Source: Candidatus Woesearchaeota archaeon
Lineage (GTDB): Archaea > Nanobdellota > Nanobdellia > Woesearchaeales > GW2011-AR9
Assembly (NCBI GenBank): GCA_016179955.1
Contig: JACPCD010000005.1
Coordinates: forward strand, 10,323 to 74,322
Direction: 5' to 3'
DNA length: 64,000 nucleotides
In this document: in pieces, positions 61,324-64,000 of the stretch
Layout: the number at the start of each line of letters is the position of its first letter
Position numbering within the stretch: the first letter of the stretch is position 1
Translations under genes and position numbers: made by a program
Notes under the pieces: generated by a model
What the model was told of the DNA's origin: nothing
Seen by the model: the letters and a program-made list of their open reading frames with translations, nothing else
The model's database searches: none

Positions 61324-63234
61324 TTAGAGCAACGATTTTAAGGCCACTTTATTATCCAACGGTATCTTCTCACTATCAATAAACATCCGCTGCCACAATT
61401 CAAAGTTGATTAGCGTAAACAGCTGTTTCCCATAAATCAGTTTTGAGGAATTATATTTCTCCCAGATGTTTTTGACGTATTCATAATTAAAATATCCTCG
61501 GTGGCGGACGTTTGCCGGCGTAAAAATCTGCTCTGCCAGTGACCGCAGCTCCTCCTTATACCACTTATCGAGCGGCATGAAAAAAGCATGTTTCTTAGCA
61601 GAGGTTATGGTTCGCGGCAAGATGTCTTTCATCGCCCGGCGTAGTACCCATTTATCAGTCCGACCCCTCATTTTCAACCGTGGATGCAAAGAAGCAGCAT
61701 ATTCAACTAAGCCGTGGTCCAGGAAGGGAACGCGTCCTTCAATGGAATGGGCCATGGTCATGCGGTCGTTGATGAAGAGCACGTAATTTGGAAGCCAGGT
61801 TTTCGTATCATAATAAAGCAGCCGGTCCAGCAGCGGTTCTCGCTGCTGTTGATAATAAATTTCTTTTGCAGGATGTATGCTGGTGCGAAAATTCTCGCTG
61901 AAGAGCAGCTGCTTATCTTTGGTGGTGGTGATGGAAGTCAAATCGTGATATGCTTTTCGTTCCTGCGAAAGATCGTGAATAAAATCGACGACTTTCTCTT
62001 TTCCTTTAGTGCCCAGTGATGCCGGATAGTCAAAAAATGCATTGAGGATAGGCGTGGGGATACTTCTCACCACACTTTTAGTAATGAAGCGGGGAAATTT
62101 CCGAAGGTGTTGCGCTTTCAGAAAAGTCTTATACTGCACATAACCAGCAAAAAGTTCGTCCGCACCTTCACCAGAGAGCACCACTTTCACTCTCTTGGTC
62201 GCTAGTTGAGACAATTTAAATTGGGGAATAATGACTGGATCGCCATGTGGTACGTCCAGATGCCATAGAATTGAGGGCAGCATCTCAGAAATTGCCTGGT
62301 CAACGACAATCTCATGATGGTCCGTTTGAAAATGTTCTGCCACTCTTCTGGCCTGCTGCAATTCGTCCACCTTCTGGCTGTGGTCAAATCCGACGGAAAA
62401 TGTCTTAACTGGCTCGGTGGTACTCTGTGATGCTAAACCAACGATTGCTGCCGAATCAATTCCTCCGGAAAGATACACCCCTACGGGAACGTCCGCCATT
62501 AACCGCTGCTGCACTGATTCCTGCAGTTCTTCTTTTACTCGGGAGACCGCGTTGTTGTCCCTCAGCGTCCTGGGCATGGGCACATCCCAAAATTGATGCA
62601 ACTGTAATTCTTTCCCTTTCACCGTGAGTGTATATCCCGGCAGCATTTTTTTGATGCCCTGAAAGAGCGTCTCTTCTCCCGGAACATACCGCCAGTTGAG
62701 GTAGTGATATGCTGCCGAGAGGTTAACTTCGCGTTTAAGCGATGGTTCCAGCAGCAGCGCTTTTATTTCCGAGGCAAACAGAAACTTACTGCCATCCCAG
62801 TAATAGTATAATGGCTTTATCCCTAATCTATCCCGGGCCAGAAATAGCTTTTTATTCTTTTGATCCCAGATGGCAAACGCAAATTCCCCGTCAAATTTCT
62901 CCACTATGCTCTCGCCCCATTCTTCATAGCCGTGGACGATGACTTCCGTGTCGGTGTTGGATTCAAAGCGATGGCCTTTCTCCTCCAGCATCGTGCGTAA
63001 CTCTTTGAAATTGTAAATCTCCCCGTTAAACGTCACCCAGACTGTTCCTTCCTCGTTGGTCATGGGTTGTCGTCCAGCGTCCGATAAGTCGATGATGGAC
63101 AAGCGGCGGTGGCCTAAGCTGATGCCCCGGCTCCTATAAACGGCACCGCCATCCGGACCGCGATGCGTAAGAATGGCAGTCATTCTTTTCACTAATTCTT
63201 TATCGTCCCAGTTAAATCCGCAGATGCCGCACAT
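61324..63234 (-). CDS. asnB: Asparagine synthase (glutamine-hydrolysing) family amidotransferase
   Basis: MCGICGF N-terminal nucleophile Cys2. SGGIDS PP-loop motif (VYLSGGIDSAAI). Confidence 0.85.
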   Translation of the reverse strand: MCGICGFNWDDKELVKRMTAILTHRGPDGGAVYRSRGISLGHRRLSIIDLSDAGRQPMTNEEGTVWVTFNGEIYNFKELRTMLEEKGHRFESNTDTEVIVHGYEEWGESIVEKFDGEFAFAIWDQKNKKLFLARDRLGIKPLYYYWDGSKFLFASEIKALLLEPSLKREVNLSAAYHYLNWRYVPGEETLFQGIKKMLPGYTLTVKGKELQLHQFWDVPMPRTLRDNNAVSRVKEELQESVQQRLMADVPVGVYLSGGIDSAAIVGLASQSTTEPVKTFSVGFDHSQKVDELQQARRVAEHFQTDHHEIVVDQAISEMLPSILWHLDVPHGDPVIIPQFKLSQLATKRVKVVLSGEGADELFAGYVQYKTFLKAQHLRKFPRFITKSVVRSIPTPILNAFFDYPASLGTKGKEKVVDFIHDLSQERKAYHDLTSITTTKDKQLLFSENFRTSIHPAKEIYYQQQREPLLDRLLYYDTKTWLPNYVLFINDRMTMAHSIEGRVPFLDHGLVEYAASLHPRLKMRGRTDKWVLRRAMKDILPRTITSAKKHAFFMPLDKWYKEELRSLAEQIFTPANVRHRGYFNYEYVKNIWEKYNSSKLIYGKQLFTLINFELWQRMFIDSEKIPLDNKVALKSLL

Positions 63235-63236
63235 GG

Positions 63237-64000
63237 TTATCGCTTCCGGTATTCCTGTTTTTTGAGTTTATACAAAATATCTTCCTGCAACTGCCGATTG
63301 CGGTCCATCATGTCCGCAATCAAGCCCAGAATGATGAATAAAACCCCGATAATGATAAGGAATACATTGGCGTAGATGACGATAAGATATGGATCAACCC
63401 TACTGATGAGCAGCCAGCGGACGAATAACACTAAACTGCTTAATAGTCCCAGGAGCGTCAGGTAAAACCCCGTCAACCCAAAAAATTTCAGTGGTTCATA
63501 ATCCCTCATGCTCCGCAACAGGATTAACGCTACTTTTAACCCATAGGAAAAAACATTCTTGACCACCCTGGATTTTCCGTTTCTCTCGCCGATAACCTTG
63601 CAGGGCACTTCCTGGATGCGGAATCCCTTTTTGACCAGATCAATGAATACTTCCTGGGTGTAGGTATATCTGCTGAATAACACTAGATGGAGTGCTGCTT
63701 CCTGGGAATAGGCTCGGAAACCGCATTGCGTATCATGGTAATGGGTATGCAGAAAGGCATTTAATACTTTGGTAAAGAGCTTGTTGCCAAAGATCTTGAT
63801 GGCAGGCATCCTCGGCATTAATGCCGGGTCTTTGAAGCGAGAGCAGGTCACCATATCCGCTTTATCATCGAGGATGGGCTGAAGAAGTTTGGGGATGTCG
63901 TGAGGGTTGAATTGTCCATCGGCATCAATGTTGACGATGATATCTGCCCCCATCTTTAACGCTTCATGGATGCCATCGCGGAAGGTAATGCCCAGCCCTA
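63237..64000 (-). CDS. GT2 polyprenyl-phosphate glycosyltransferase with C-terminal TM helices, 5'-truncated by the window edge
   Basis: The frame stays open to position 64000. ...IVNIDADGQFNP (DxD region). The C-terminal ~90 aa form two hydrophobic helices, as in DPM1/GtrB-type enzymes. Confidence 0.7.
   Translation of the reverse strand, partial: GLGITFRDGIHEALKMGADIIVNIDADGQFNPHDIPKLLQPILDDKADMVTCSRFKDPALMPRMPAIKIFGNKLFTKVLNAFLHTHYHDTQCGFRAYSQEAALHLVLFSRYTYTQEVFIDLVKKGFRIQEVPCKVIGERNGKSRVVKNVFSYGLKVALILLRSMRDYEPLKFFGLTGFYLTLLGLLSSLVLFVRWLLISRVDPYLIVIYANVFLIIIGVLFIILGLIADMMDRNRQLQEDILYKLKKQEYRKR

Noticed and set aside
1-64000. CRISPR arrays, rRNA/tRNA genes, IS elements, integrases, toxin-antitoxin or defence systems
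   Set aside because: Reading the ORF translations and intergenic regions showed no repeat-spacer periodicity, no transposase, integrase or nuclease motifs, and no RNA-gene signatures. The only mobile-element-like feature is the 165-bp inverted repeat reported above.

Overview
The window is about 64 kb and almost entirely coding. I call roughly 65 genes, and nearly all of them concern cell-surface glycan synthesis or decoration. I found no rRNA, tRNA, CRISPR array, transposase or integrase by eye.

Host inference: probably archaeal. Operon-first genes carry an 8-nt A/T TATA-like box centred 25-31 nt upstream of the ATG, which fits leaderless mRNAs. Operon-internal genes instead carry GGAGG/GGTGA Shine-Dalgarno-like sites or ATGA overlaps.

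The locus reads as a mosaic of modules:
1. 5.7-13.4 kb: a phosphonate cassette with a cytidylyltransferase-PEP mutase fusion, phosphonopyruvate decarboxylase, Fe-alcohol dehydrogenase, and a 455-aa HEPD/MPnS-family dioxygenase. Its metal-site residues match what I remember as the methylphosphonate synthase signature. The cassette also holds an unassigned radical SAM/SPASM enzyme and a CDP-alcohol phosphotransferase.
2. 13.7-17.3 kb and 57.8-60.6 kb: two copies of an Arn-like lipid-carrier amino-sugar module (DegT-like enzyme plus two small 4-TM EamA/ArnEF-like proteins), each joined to a FemAB-like transferase. A polyprenyl-P GT2 follows the first copy directly. A deacetylase, AsnB and a second GT2 (truncated by the window edge) follow the second copy on the opposite strand.
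3. 17.3-22.2 kb: a WbpB/E/D plus WecB-like 2,3-diacetamido-sugar branch.
4. 24-39 kb: a pseudaminic-acid-like nonulosonate pathway (PseB, PseC, NeuB/PseI-like, two CMP-synthetase paralogs). No PseG is recognisable and no canonical PseH is adjacent; the only GNAT (38878..39909) is about twice the usual PseH size. It sits with a HAD-Nudix fusion, an LbH acyltransferase and a thiolase / DUF35-ketoreductase / FabZ trio.
5. 41-49.7 kb: a polyol-phosphate-like block (two MDR dehydrogenases, a TIM-barrel isomerase, Rpe, three nucleotidyltransferase folds, a GDPD-like protein, ferredoxin, a methyltransferase).
6. Scattered through the window: three GT-C enzymes, two Wzx flippases, GT2 and GT4 enzymes, and a split Alg14/Alg13 pair.

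Non-coding highlights:
- A conserved decamer, TGTTCCRGAA, sits exactly 2 nt upstream of the TATA box in four promoters.
- A palindromic bidirectional TATA box is duplicated about 5 kb away.
- A 165-bp GC-rich nested inverted repeat supplies the stop codon of one gene.
- A 27-codon FemAB gene remnant marks the left junction of the phosphonate cassette.

All family assignments come from motif recognition in the supplied translations. No searches were run.
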